A stretch of 64,000 nucleotides of DNA from the sequence record MK773491.1. One strand, 5' to 3'. A program made the position numbers and the translations under genes. The notes beneath the pieces were generated by a model. It was given only the letters and a program-made list of their open reading frames with translations. It searched no databases and was not told the DNA's origin. Below are positions 9,338 through 18,290 of this stretch, piece after piece (positions within the stretch are counted from its first letter, which is position 1; each line of letters opens with the position of its first letter).

Positions 9338-9784
9338 ATGTCAGGAAAAGGTTTTGTGGCATTGAAGTTAGATTCGGTGCAAGGAAAAGAAATTCAAAAA
9401 ATATTTAAAACTGCTGGAATAAAATGCTTGACACCAGCAAAATTCCATGTTACCTTAGTATACGATGAGTCAGATCCAGAGATCGATCTTCCTTCCAACA
9501 CTAAGGTATACAATGCGGAGATCGTCGGTGTCGAGCGATTGGGTAAGAAAGGATCGAAGTATGAAGCAATCGCTTTAATACTTCGTTCGCCAGAAATAGA
9601 GAAAAGACATAAAGAGTTGAAGAAGGCTGGTTTCAACCACAAACATCCAAGTTTCAAATGTCACATGAGTGTAGTATACCAACCCGGTGAAACCGATGAA
9701 GACATTATAGATCTGATCTATAAACTTGGTGTACTTCCGAAAACTCTAAAATTTGGTAAGGAATATATGGGTACTACTAAGTGA
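9338..9784 (+). CDS. acb1: Acb1 / T4 gp57B-like 2H phosphoesterase (anti-CBASS nuclease family)
   Basis: HVTLVY and HMSVVY 2H motifs; LILRSPEIEKRH..L...G..H..P spacing matches T4 57B. Confidence 0.75.
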   Translation: MSGKGFVALKLDSVQGKEIQKIFKTAGIKCLTPAKFHVTLVYDESDPEIDLPSNTKVYNAEIVGVERLGKKGSKYEAIALILRSPEIEKRHKELKKAGFNHKHPSFKCHMSVVYQPGETDEDIIDLIYKLGVLPKTLKFGKEYMGTTK

Positions 9785-9792
9785 GGTAAAAG

Positions 9793-10554
9793 ATGGATTT
9801 ACAAAAGTTTTTGGATAACGCAGGACAACGTAGAATTCTAGTTATATCTGGTGCTGGTCTTTCCGCAGAATCAGGGATAAGTACTTTCAGATATGACGAA
9901 GATGCTTTATGGGAAAATGTCAACGTTAACCATGTTTGTAATATAGCAAATCTCTCACAGTATTACCCAACCGTACATGCGTTTTACAACACATTGCGGG
10001 TAAATTTGAAAGACAAACAACCTAACGCTGCTCATCAATCAATTGCTGAATTAGAACAAAAGTACGGTGATGGGTTATTCTTACACATGACAACTAATGT
10101 TGATGATCTTTACGAAAGGGCTGGCGGTACTGCCATGCACTTACACGGAAATCTTCTAGAAGTCATTGAGAACTATTCACTTGCAGACAACGCATATACT
10201 GTTATAAATGTAGGTTATGAAGCCTATATTCCACAGGAAGGAGTTTATGCAAAACCAAATATCGTAATGTTTGGGGAATCCGAACGTTATGTAGATGGCA
10301 AACGCTTGCCACTATATGAAGATCGTAATAAAGTACTAGCATCCTTAACGGAGTTAGATACTGTTATTGTTGTAGGTTCTTCTGATACAGTAATCCAATG
10401 GTCTGCACTTGCTGGTACTTCACCTGCATATTCATACAACATCAATATTCGCAAAAACGAATATGATTGGATGTTTACGGAGAAGATTTATGATCCAGCA
10501 AGTAAGGCTATCCCAAAATTAAAAGATACTATTTTACAAAGGATGGATTTATGA
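9793..10554 (+). CDS. cobB: Sir2/CobB-like NAD-dependent deacylase
   Basis: GAGLSAESGISTFR, PNAAH, TTNVDDLYERAG, HLHG, KPNIVMFGE, VVGSS. Confidence 0.88.
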   Translation: MDLQKFLDNAGQRRILVISGAGLSAESGISTFRYDEDALWENVNVNHVCNIANLSQYYPTVHAFYNTLRVNLKDKQPNAAHQSIAELEQKYGDGLFLHMTTNVDDLYERAGGTAMHLHGNLLEVIENYSLADNAYTVINVGYEAYIPQEGVYAKPNIVMFGESERYVDGKRLPLYEDRNKVLASLTELDTVIVVGSSDTVIQWSALAGTSPAYSYNINIRKNEYDWMFTEKIYDPASKAIPKLKDTILQRMDL

Positions 10555-10919
10555 GCGAGATAGCAGCACAAACTTATGTATTGTACGGAACAGAGGTTGA
10601 TGTTACTAAATTCGATAAGGAACGTTTTGAAAATTTCGAAGAGTACATTGACCATGTTTATGACGTAATCAATAAAGAAAATTCACCATTTACTATGATT
10701 TATGATGAATTCAATGACAAACACTTTTTTGGTTATGTACTAGATAGGGCCGAAGATACAAAATGGCAAACACAACATTTAAACACTGTTAGTTTTAAAA
10801 GTCTACAAAGCAAAATCACAATTGATATACAAGAAGCACTAGACTGGATACTATTAGTTTATTTTGGAACCCGCTCACGCGATTGCAATGTAGATTTTTG
10901 GATCTTGTCAGTGTATTAA
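10551..10919 (+). CDS. hypothetical protein
   Basis: 122 aa ORF, ATGA coupling. Confidence 0.65.
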   Translation: MSEIAAQTYVLYGTEVDVTKFDKERFENFEEYIDHVYDVINKENSPFTMIYDEFNDKHFFGYVLDRAEDTKWQTQHLNTVSFKSLQSKITIDIQEALDWILLVYFGTRSRDCNVDFWILSVY

Positions 10920-10931
10920 TAAGAAGGTATA

Positions 10932-11495
10932 ATGAGTTATAGAGAATTACCATTCGGATTACGGTCAAAACGTGGCGACTGTGTATTCGTCTGGATATAT
11001 GCGAAGAATTGCACACCATATGCTAATTATCCTTATAATGACATTCCCAACGTTACTTTAGTTTTATCTGAATTGCGTTGGGATGGACTTATGGGAGCAG
11101 TCGGTGGTGCCGTTGAAGATGATGATGTATCATTAGAAGCAGCAGTCAAAAGGGAAGCATACGAAGAGATTCATTATGACCTACCAATAGACCGTTTAGA
11201 ACCACTGCTTACGTTAAAAAATGGAAATGGTTCACACAATCACAGTTTTTCATTAGAAGTTACATATGAAGAACTATTACAAATTCGAAATAATGCTCAT
11301 TTGGGTGAGCATTTTAGTGCAGAGAATGCAGGTGTAAACCTAATGCATATCTGTAGATACCAGAAACCAAGCAAAGTTGAATGCGGATACAATATACTTC
11401 TTGGTCAAGATTTTATTGGTTCTGCTAAAATTGAGCTTCAACACCTAGTAAGTACTAAAGACTTATTAGTAAGTTACTTAGACAAGGATAACTAA
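10932..11495 (+). CDS. NUDIX-fold hydrolase
   Basis: GAVGGAVEDDDVSLEAAVKREAYEEI matches the NUDIX box GX5EX7REUXEE. Confidence 0.7.
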   Translation: MSYRELPFGLRSKRGDCVFVWIYAKNCTPYANYPYNDIPNVTLVLSELRWDGLMGAVGGAVEDDDVSLEAAVKREAYEEIHYDLPIDRLEPLLTLKNGNGSHNHSFSLEVTYEELLQIRNNAHLGEHFSAENAGVNLMHICRYQKPSKVECGYNILLGQDFIGSAKIELQHLVSTKDLLVSYLDKDN

Positions 11496-11496
11496 A

Positions 11497-11826
11497 ATGT
11501 ATAAGTTGTTCCTAGATGATTTACGAGACGCAGAAAAATACTACCCGAATCAAGGATTTGTAACTATGCGTACTTATTACGATGCTGTTCAATATGTCAA
11601 AGAGCATGGTGTTCCTTCTTTTATTTCGTTCGACCATGACTTGGCAGATGAATGCGAAGATGAGAAAACTGGTTACAGTTTTGCAAAATTTATCATTGAC
11701 TTCATCATTGATAATGAGCTACAATGTGTTTTTGATTACGTGGTACACAGTGCTAATCCAGTAGGAAAGGCAAATATCGAGTGTTACTTGGAGAATGGTT
11801 TTAAATTTATCAGGGGCAACAAATGA
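11497..11826 (+). CDS. cyclic-phosphate-processing receiver-domain protein
   Basis: LFLDDLRD, ISFDHDL and VHSANPVG motifs of this stand-alone receiver family. Confidence 0.75.
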   Translation: MYKLFLDDLRDAEKYYPNQGFVTMRTYYDAVQYVKEHGVPSFISFDHDLADECEDEKTGYSFAKFIIDFIIDNELQCVFDYVVHSANPVGKANIECYLENGFKFIRGNK

Positions 11827-12125
11827 TTAAAGTTATCATCGCAGCAGTGATCACGGCAGGAATTTCTTTTTTGGTTTCTTCTTGTAATGATCAAATCGAA
11901 AACACCCGGAAGCACGATATTTACTACAATACGGCTACTGTTATTGAAATCGGTCAGTGTAAAGAAAGTAAATGTTCTTTCAAGTACAAAACAAGTGATG
12001 GTGAAACTAAATTTGGTTTAGCTGACACACCAATGACTATCGGGCAACTAGTCTATCAGCAATGTTGGACTGAAAAGGTGAAAGGCGTACAGTGTTACGT
12101 TGATTATACACCTTCTAAAAGCTAA
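11823..12125 (+). CDS. secreted/lipoprotein-like hypothetical protein
   Basis: hydrophobic leader ending LVSSC; several cysteines. Confidence 0.6.
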   Translation: MIKVIIAAVITAGISFLVSSCNDQIENTRKHDIYYNTATVIEIGQCKESKCSFKYKTSDGETKFGLADTPMTIGQLVYQQCWTEKVKGVQCYVDYTPSKS

Positions 12126-12183
12126 AAGTATCGTACCTAAATACGATTGAAGAGACAAGGAAAGTCTCAATACATAGATAAGG

Positions 12184-13647
12184 ATGTTTATGAAAAAATA
12201 TGCTCTAGACACTAACGTAATTCTTGGCGATCCATCTGCTATCCAAGCATTTGATGGAGCTACAGTAATTTTACCATTCACAGTACTAGAAGAGTTAGAT
12301 TCTATCAAAGGCCGTAATGTCGATGTTAGTCGTGATGCTCGCATTGCTATCCGTAATATCTCAGATATTTTGGAAACAGCGACCCATGAAGAAATCTCAA
12401 GTACTGGAGTGGACGTTTCTAAGATCCATAAACACATGGATTCTCAGAGCCGTCTATTCGTTGCTACAGTGGAAGAAGCGGAAGCACTTCTTCGAACCTC
12501 TATCGATGAAAATGATGAAGAATTCCACAAAGTACAGACACTAATTAATAGTACTGTACCAGACGATAAAATTATCCTAGTTGCAAAAGCTACTAAAGCT
12601 ATTCTAGTAACTCGTGATATTAACATGCGTATCAAAGCACTAGCTTATGGTGTTGAAGTACAAGATTATCGTCATGATGTAACAATCGAAGACTCAGACC
12701 TAATTCACACAGGTCATCATGAACTAGAAATTGACTTATGGGAAACTTTATCTAATAATAATGTTGAAGTTTATTGTGGTCAAGCTGGTCGTAAACTATT
12801 CCAGTATATCCCAGAAGATGCTATTAAGAGCCTACTTCCAGAAAACATTTGCATTGGTGATTACATCTATGACCAAGCAGACGTAATGTTTGTATTTGAA
12901 GGTTGGGGTCATCGTGAAGAAATTGATGAAACCGCTGATGATGATACTACATATATGGTATTTCTAGATGTTGGTCAAGCCAAATCTTTACGTACTAAAG
13001 TCTGGGATATTAAGGCTAAAAACATTCAACAAGCAATGGCGATTAATAGTATTCTTGATCCTGATGTACATATTACAGTACTACTAGGTTCTGCTGGTAC
13101 AGGTAAAACACTAATCACCCTTGCAACAGCACTAGATTTAGTACTAAATCAGAAGACTGCATACCAACGTATCATCTTCTCAAAAACACAAGATTCACAA
13201 TTCGAAGATATCGGCTTCTTGCCCGGTACTGAAATGGAAAAAGTAATTCCATTCTGTGGAGCAGCAATTGATGCATTAGAATTCCTCCACAAAGATGATG
13301 CAAACCCACAAGGTAGTATCGAAGAAATCATGAAACGTAATGTAATGCAATTCAAAGCATTGAACTTCATTCGTGGACGTAGTTTCATCAACACTATCCT
13401 AATCGTGGATGAGTTTCAAAACATTACACCTGCACAGGCAAAAACTATCTTGACACGTGCTGGTGAAAACTGTAAAGTAATCATTATGGGTAACCTAAGT
13501 CAGATTGACTCCCGCTTTATTAGTCCTGTAAATAGTGGCCTAACCTACGTTACAGAAAAATTTAAAGATTGGGAAGGTTGCCGTATCATTGAGCTAGAAG
13601 GTGTTGTTCGTTCAGCCCTAGCAGCTTTCGCAGAAGAAAATTTATAA
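12184..13647 (+). CDS. phoH: PIN-PhoH (PhoH2-like) ribonuclease/ATPase
   Basis: N-terminal LDTNVIL..ELD..PDDKI..LVTRDINMRIKA PIN domain; GSAGTGKT Walker A, IGFLPG, FIRGRS, IVDEFQN, GNLSQID. Confidence 0.9.
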   Translation: MFMKKYALDTNVILGDPSAIQAFDGATVILPFTVLEELDSIKGRNVDVSRDARIAIRNISDILETATHEEISSTGVDVSKIHKHMDSQSRLFVATVEEAEALLRTSIDENDEEFHKVQTLINSTVPDDKIILVAKATKAILVTRDINMRIKALAYGVEVQDYRHDVTIEDSDLIHTGHHELEIDLWETLSNNNVEVYCGQAGRKLFQYIPEDAIKSLLPENICIGDYIYDQADVMFVFEGWGHREEIDETADDDTTYMVFLDVGQAKSLRTKVWDIKAKNIQQAMAINSILDPDVHITVLLGSAGTGKTLITLATALDLVLNQKTAYQRIIFSKTQDSQFEDIGFLPGTEMEKVIPFCGAAIDALEFLHKDDANPQGSIEEIMKRNVMQFKALNFIRGRSFINTILIVDEFQNITPAQAKTILTRAGENCKVIIMGNLSQIDSRFISPVNSGLTYVTEKFKDWEGCRIIELEGVVRSALAAFAEENL

Positions 13648-13652
13648 TTTAT

Positions 13653-13679
13653 TGGGGCAGTACTTGCCCCATTTCTTTT
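13653..13679 (+). terminator. intrinsic terminator
   Basis: TGGGGCA-GTACT-TGCCCCA followed by T-rich tail. Confidence 0.75.
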
Positions 13680-13692
13680 AAAGTGATATAAT

Positions 13693-13923
13693 ATGTCCAA
13701 GAAAATAATGGTGTTTGGCTGTCCTTTATGTGGCTCGAAAGCTCACTGGACAAAGGGAAATGCTGAAACCAGAATGAATGATCGAGTACAATGCTTGACT
13801 TGCTTTCTAGAAATGGAAGGTGATTACGAACCCATGTCAGCAGTTTTGTCATGGAACATGCGAGTACACGATAGTTATATTCAAGATTCCGTCTACAGCA
13901 TTGACGGTGAAAGAATTGAATAA
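13693..13923 (+). CDS. small Zn-ribbon protein, Lar (restriction alleviation)-like
   Basis: CPLCG..A...RVQCLTC..W N pattern. Confidence 0.5.
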   Translation: MSKKIMVFGCPLCGSKAHWTKGNAETRMNDRVQCLTCFLEMEGDYEPMSAVLSWNMRVHDSYIQDSVYSIDGERIE

Positions 13924-13928
13924 AAGTT

Positions 13929-13957
13929 GGGACAAACACTCAACAATGTGATATAAT
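13929..13957 (+). promoter_or_regulatory. GGGACAAA-class promoter (copy 2)
   Basis: GGGACA-17 nt-TATAAT with TGTG. Confidence 0.7.
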
Positions 13958-13988
13958 ATAGATGTTATCTAAACAAGAGGAAATTAAA

Positions 13989-14237
13989 ATGGAAAAGAAT
14001 AAAAAAGAAGCTCAGAACACCCGCCGTGCACAGATGGATAAAAACACTGCTCTAGAGAGCTTCAAGAAGCTACGCCAACAGGGTATTCTAACCCGCCAGC
14101 AGTTCCGTACCATTACCTTTGATAAAGGTCTACAAGGTAGTACCAAAGGTTCCCCTCTAATCACCACTTATGAAGTGGTCAAACAGGGCAAGAAAAAGGT
14201 GCTTGAGGTTAAAACCCAGCAATGGACTCGCATCTAA
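13989..14237 (+). CDS. basic hypothetical protein
   Basis: ORF track 13962..14237; start moved downstream of the promoter and GAGG. Confidence 0.7.
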   Translation: MEKNKKEAQNTRRAQMDKNTALESFKKLRQQGILTRQQFRTITFDKGLQGSTKGSPLITTYEVVKQGKKKVLEVKTQQWTRI

Positions 14238-14311
14238 TTTGATGCCTGTTTCGAACAACATTGATAAATAATGTTATAACAATAATAACATTTTGACTCC
14301 ATGTTGTTTTT

Positions 14312-14340
14312 AGGCCACTACTTTAGTGGCCTTTTTCTTT
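14312..14340 (+). terminator. intrinsic terminator
   Basis: AGGCCACTA-CTT-TAGTGGCCT + TTTTCTTT. Confidence 0.8.
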
Positions 14341-14349
14341 GGAGAATGT

Positions 14350-15063
14350 ATGGATATTAAACACATCTTAACAACACTTGAAAAGTTCTTACTTGATGAA
14401 TATGATGTAAATGTTTATATCATGTATGGTTCTTTCGCTGAGTACAGATACGGTTTATTCACTGAACCAAAAGATATTGATATTAATGTATTTGGTATGA
14501 ATGATTGTACTGAACCATTCGAAGTTAATATTCCGGGTATTCCAATTCCAGTATCTATCACACCAATGACATTTTCTGATTTCGACAGAGAAATTGATGC
14601 ATTTGAGCCTAAGTACTTTGTGTACTGGAATCATTCACTTGAAACATCTCAGTATATTAGAAATAGACTCTATCAAATGCATTATGATACAAAACCAGAA
14701 CATATACGCAAATGTGTTAGTTCATTCTCCAGCAAAGCCTATAATAAGGGTAAGAAAAAACTCATAGTAAAAGATGATTATGATGAGTATCTAGGATTAA
14801 AAAATTTGTATCATGCATTTAAATTTGCAAGATTGGCAATAGATACTTTTGGTTCAAATAAACCTTTTGATATATCATTTGCGTTAATGCACAAACATCG
14901 TCTTATGTGGGATTTAAAAGATACATACGATCTCATTTTTGATACATATCATAATAGTACTGGAACATTAGAAGAAAGATTTAAACATCTTGACAACATC
15001 ATAAAACCAAGATATAATGCACTCATGACAGAATTTCGTAAATACTTTCCGAAGGGGAATTAA
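14350..15063 (+). CDS. DNA polymerase beta-superfamily nucleotidyltransferase-like protein
   Basis: YGS...KDIDI (GS + DxD); C-terminal helical region KNLYHAFKF. Confidence 0.6.
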   Translation: MDIKHILTTLEKFLLDEYDVNVYIMYGSFAEYRYGLFTEPKDIDINVFGMNDCTEPFEVNIPGIPIPVSITPMTFSDFDREIDAFEPKYFVYWNHSLETSQYIRNRLYQMHYDTKPEHIRKCVSSFSSKAYNKGKKKLIVKDDYDEYLGLKNLYHAFKFARLAIDTFGSNKPFDISFALMHKHRLMWDLKDTYDLIFDTYHNSTGTLEERFKHLDNIIKPRYNALMTEFRKYFPKGN

Positions 15064-15065
15064 TC

Positions 15066-15203
15066 TTGGCAGAACTAATAGAAGCTATATTAGAATTTGT
15101 AGTTGCAATCCTAGCTAACACACGAAATGGTGGTAAGTGGATTCTAATAATCATAGTATTATGTTTGTTAATATGGTTTTGTACTGTTTTATTCTGGAGT
15201 TAA
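15066..15203 (+). CDS. small membrane protein, 45 aa (below ORF-track cutoff)
   Basis: TTG start; MAELIEAILEFVVAILANTRNGGKWILIIIVLCLLIWFCTVLFWS translated by hand. Confidence 0.5.
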   Translation: MAELIEAILEFVVAILANTRNGGKWILIIIVLCLLIWFCTVLFWS

Positions 15204-15270
15204 TATGAAAAAGAAACATAAAGGACGAATGACTTTCCATTAAGGTACTTTAACTTAATAGGAGAATAAT

Positions 15271-15822
15271 ATGTTCTTTGACCAAACATTCGTGATCTAC
15301 CACGATACAGGTAAAACTGAAATTGTAGATAATCTTTACGAATACATCTATGCATTTGGTGGTATCAGACGTTTTCATTGTCTAATGAAATTCAACTTAG
15401 GTGCATTTCAGAAACATGAAGGTCGTGACTACTACCGAATCCACGGATGGTGGTATTCCAGAAGTGATTGGGTTTACCACAACCATATGTCGTTCTTTCT
15501 ATACACACAAAAAGGTATGATGATTTCCCCAGACCTCCTTCTAACAGAATTCAGTAATGAAAATGCAAGACGTTGGTACGGGAACACGAAAGCGTCAAAA
15601 CGGCAATATAAAGCTAGCCACACGTCTTATCATTTCAAACGTCCTAAGACACAACAATCCCGCCGCATCGCAGCAGGAGTTGTTTCTGAGGAAGGGGAGC
15701 CAGAATTTCGTGGTGCTCGCAGATATGCACAATTACGTACCTATTGGGACGATGTACATGTACGTACAAGCTGTTCTTGGAAAGACTGTACAAAACGTAA
15801 ACGACAATACAAAGGGAGCTAA
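15271..15822 (+). CDS. hypothetical protein with basic C-terminus
   Basis: 183 aa ORF, AGGAG upstream. Confidence 0.7.
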   Translation: MFFDQTFVIYHDTGKTEIVDNLYEYIYAFGGIRRFHCLMKFNLGAFQKHEGRDYYRIHGWWYSRSDWVYHNHMSFFLYTQKGMMISPDLLLTEFSNENARRWYGNTKASKRQYKASHTSYHFKRPKTQQSRRIAAGVVSEEGEPEFRGARRYAQLRTYWDDVHVRTSCSWKDCTKRKRQYKGS

Positions 15823-15836
15823 TGCTCCCTATTTTT
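15813..15836 (+). terminator. intrinsic terminator
   Basis: AGGGAGC-TAAT-GCTCCCT + ATTTTT. Confidence 0.65.
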
Positions 15837-15850
15837 ATGAGGATATAAAA

Positions 15851-16204
15851 ATGACTCAAAAACGTATATTATATCGTGAAGTATTGACAATGGATCTAGA
15901 AGATTGCACACTTGATGAAATGTTACAAAAGTTAAATGAATGCAAACATCAGCATCCAACTGAAGTTCTTCAAATAGAATTTGACTGCGAATTTGGTGGT
16001 GGATATAGTGGCCCAGATTGTATGAAAATTTGTTATTATAGTGAAGAAACTGATAAAGAATTCACAATGCGTATGAATTATGAACGCGAGAAGCTAGAAG
16101 AAAAAGAACGTAAAGAGCTAGGTCGTTTAATATCTGCAAAGAAATTGAATCCAGCTAACCAACAACGCCTACAAGAATTATTGGAGAAATATCATAATGG
16201 ATAA
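15851..16204 (+). CDS. hypothetical protein
   Basis: 3' part of track ORF 15557..16204; ATG after GAGGA. Confidence 0.7.
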   Translation: MTQKRILYREVLTMDLEDCTLDEMLQKLNECKHQHPTEVLQIEFDCEFGGGYSGPDCMKICYYSEETDKEFTMRMNYEREKLEEKERKELGRLISAKKLNPANQQRLQELLEKYHNG

Positions 16205-17045
16205 AGAGAAAATTCTGTACCATGCTAAACATAATGGTGCCTTTACTATTCGTTCGTGTGAATATCAAGGTAAATGGTCAGAGAATCTTGATTACTTAAT
16301 TGAGAACAAAATGCTTAATTGGACTACGAGTGGCCTATGGGATGAGTACAATTCATGTGGTCAACAGGATTTGTACGATCAAGCATTGCATGAGTACAAG
16401 ATTACTCCTGATGGTGAAGTACTACTATCGTTATATCGTCTTGCTTATGCACATAAGAATCACTTAAACGAAGAGAAACATATTCGTCGTATTCAAGAGT
16501 TCGAACAACTACTAGAAGCCTGTGGAAAATCTTCTCAATATTTCGAAAAATATCTAACAAAGAATCAAAAGAAAGCACTTGAATATGCTCGCAAAGTGCG
16601 TGAACTACCTAAATTTGATACTACTCTTTTAGATGAACCTGAACTCAGTCCATTCAACATTGTACCACATGATGAATGGCGACAAATGGAAAAATCCAAT
16701 AGACTAGATAAAATTGATTTAGATGAACCAGTACTAACATCTATGTTCAATATGAGTGTTGGACTTGGCCCAAAGAATTCCGATTCTTACCGTTCTGAAA
16801 ACTATGTTCTACGTAAAATAAATGAAGAACTCGGTGAAATGACATTAGAAATGAATATTGCTGATGGCTTATCATATAAAGAAGCTGGAACTGATGGTGT
16901 AAAAGGTGAAGCAGTTGACTTGGCAATTTGTGCTATGGATATGTTTGCATTACAATGTCCAACTATGAGTCCAGAAGAAATAGAGCGTGAATTCCTATCG
17001 TACATGATTGTTAAACTTAATAAATGGCGTAACACCTTAAAATAA
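16197..17045 (+). CDS. protein with C-terminal MazG-like NTP pyrophosphohydrolase domain
   Basis: KINEELGEM ... GEAVDLAICAMD: ExxE / ExxD acidic helices. Confidence 0.55.
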   Translation: MDKEKILYHAKHNGAFTIRSCEYQGKWSENLDYLIENKMLNWTTSGLWDEYNSCGQQDLYDQALHEYKITPDGEVLLSLYRLAYAHKNHLNEEKHIRRIQEFEQLLEACGKSSQYFEKYLTKNQKKALEYARKVRELPKFDTTLLDEPELSPFNIVPHDEWRQMEKSNRLDKIDLDEPVLTSMFNMSVGLGPKNSDSYRSENYVLRKINEELGEMTLEMNIADGLSYKEAGTDGVKGEAVDLAICAMDMFALQCPTMSPEEIEREFLSYMIVKLNKWRNTLK

Positions 17046-17048
17046 ATG

Positions 17049-17077
17049 TTGACATGGGGTGTAGTTTTTGCTATACT
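17049..17077 (+). promoter_or_regulatory. sigma70-type promoter
   Basis: TTGACA-17 nt-TATACT with TGn extension. Confidence 0.75.
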
Positions 17078-17105
17078 CCAAATCATCACATCTCAGGAGA
17101 CAAAT

Positions 17106-17615
17106 ATGAAATTTTTAGTTGCTATTGATTCATCAGCTTCATTCATTTATGATTATCAGTGGGATTATATTAAGAACGTAGTAAATGAAACTGTACAATC
17201 ACTATCATCACAAGGTGAAGTTCAATTAGCTAAGATTGGTCTTGAACTAAATCTATGTACTCTAGAAGAATTCAATAATGGTTGGAGTACTACCGATGGT
17301 GCTGGAATGGATGAAGATAAGTTACTTGAAGTAATTGATGAATACAATTCAGTACTTTTAGTTACAGATGGATTCGTTGATACCAAAGCACTAAAATCGA
17401 AAGTCTCTTTGATGATTCTAGAAGACCCTGATTATGTTGAAAATCCTTTACCTATTGTTGGATTTAAATGTAATAACTGTGGTCATGAAAAAAATGAGCA
17501 CAGAGCAAAAACATTTGACTGTCCAGTGAAAGAGCGTTATAATGCGGTTACATTCAGTGATAAAACCAAATTTACACCTGATATGTCTAAACCCATTCGT
17601 CGGAGAACTATCTAA
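17106..17615 (+). CDS. vWA-like domain protein with C-terminal Cys/His cluster
   Basis: AIDSSAS (DxSxS MIDAS) and LLVTDG; CNNC..H..C tail; start moved past the promoter. Confidence 0.5.
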   Translation: MKFLVAIDSSASFIYDYQWDYIKNVVNETVQSLSSQGEVQLAKIGLELNLCTLEEFNNGWSTTDGAGMDEDKLLEVIDEYNSVLLVTDGFVDTKALKSKVSLMILEDPDYVENPLPIVGFKCNNCGHEKNEHRAKTFDCPVKERYNAVTFSDKTKFTPDMSKPIRRRTI

Positions 17616-17800
17616 TGAAATATGTTATTCTAACACTATCAGTACTTCTTAGTGGTTGTGTAACCAACTTTACACCATCTAGTTATACTGAATATCACCC
17701 ATTCAGTAAATCCGCACCTAAAAACTGTGCAGTTGTTGATAGTAACATCATTGTAATTAATGGTGTACCATCCTTTGAGTACATCTGCAATAAGGAATAA
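17615..17800 (+). CDS. small lipoprotein
   Basis: lipobox LLSGC. Confidence 0.65.
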   Translation: MKYVILTLSVLLSGCVTNFTPSSYTEYHPFSKSAPKNCAVVDSNIIVINGVPSFEYICNKE

Positions 17801-17802
17801 TT

Positions 17803-18141
17803 ATGACTGAAAAAGATTTTCTAATTGAATACATGAAAGGTGTTGGTGAAAGTGAAATGCGTTATCTTTTTGAAGAAGACCGCATTATTGAAAGTGATTT
17901 CGCTAACGTTACAGAAGAATATGTATGGGTAGAAATAGATACCGATAGTCGTTCTGATGCCGATGTGCCGGATTTTGGTTTTGATTTAGATGGTGAATGC
18001 TATGATGTACAAATGAAAGATATTCGTAGCATTACTGAGTACTACTTTGAAGATGATACTGATTTTGATGGTGAAGTAGAAATTCAAGTACTTCGCATGA
18101 AAGATGGTACGTTCCTCATCGGTGACTTTGGTCGCAGATAA
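17803..18141 (+). CDS. acidic hypothetical protein
   Basis: 112 aa ORF, AAGGA upstream. Confidence 0.7.
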   Translation: MTEKDFLIEYMKGVGESEMRYLFEEDRIIESDFANVTEEYVWVEIDTDSRSDADVPDFGFDLDGECYDVQMKDIRSITEYYFEDDTDFDGEVEIQVLRMKDGTFLIGDFGRR

Positions 18142-18290
18142 AAAATACGAAAGTACTATAAGCCGTGCTTCTGGCAAAATCCAGTATAAGCCCGTACCTC
18201 ATAGAGAATACATTGATATCCCTACTCAAGTGATACTACCAATCAATGGGCGATAGTACTTTTCCTTTAATTAACACTAACGAGGTTACA

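Noticed and set aside
17046-17105. Track N-terminal extensions (17046, also 13962, 14326, 59335, 28207, 15557)
   Set aside because: They overlap promoters, terminators or upstream genes; downstream ATGs with clear SD sequences were used instead.
18149-18264. Apparent 115-nt structured RNA (AAAGTACTAT/ATAGTACTTT, CTGG/CCAG, CATTGAT/ATCAATG)
   Set aside because: An open frame (GTG 18122 or TTG 18128 to TAG 18256, about 44 aa) with normal codon usage spans it. The outer helix relies on AGTACT, which is very common here, and no ribozyme core was found. Left unresolved but not claimed.
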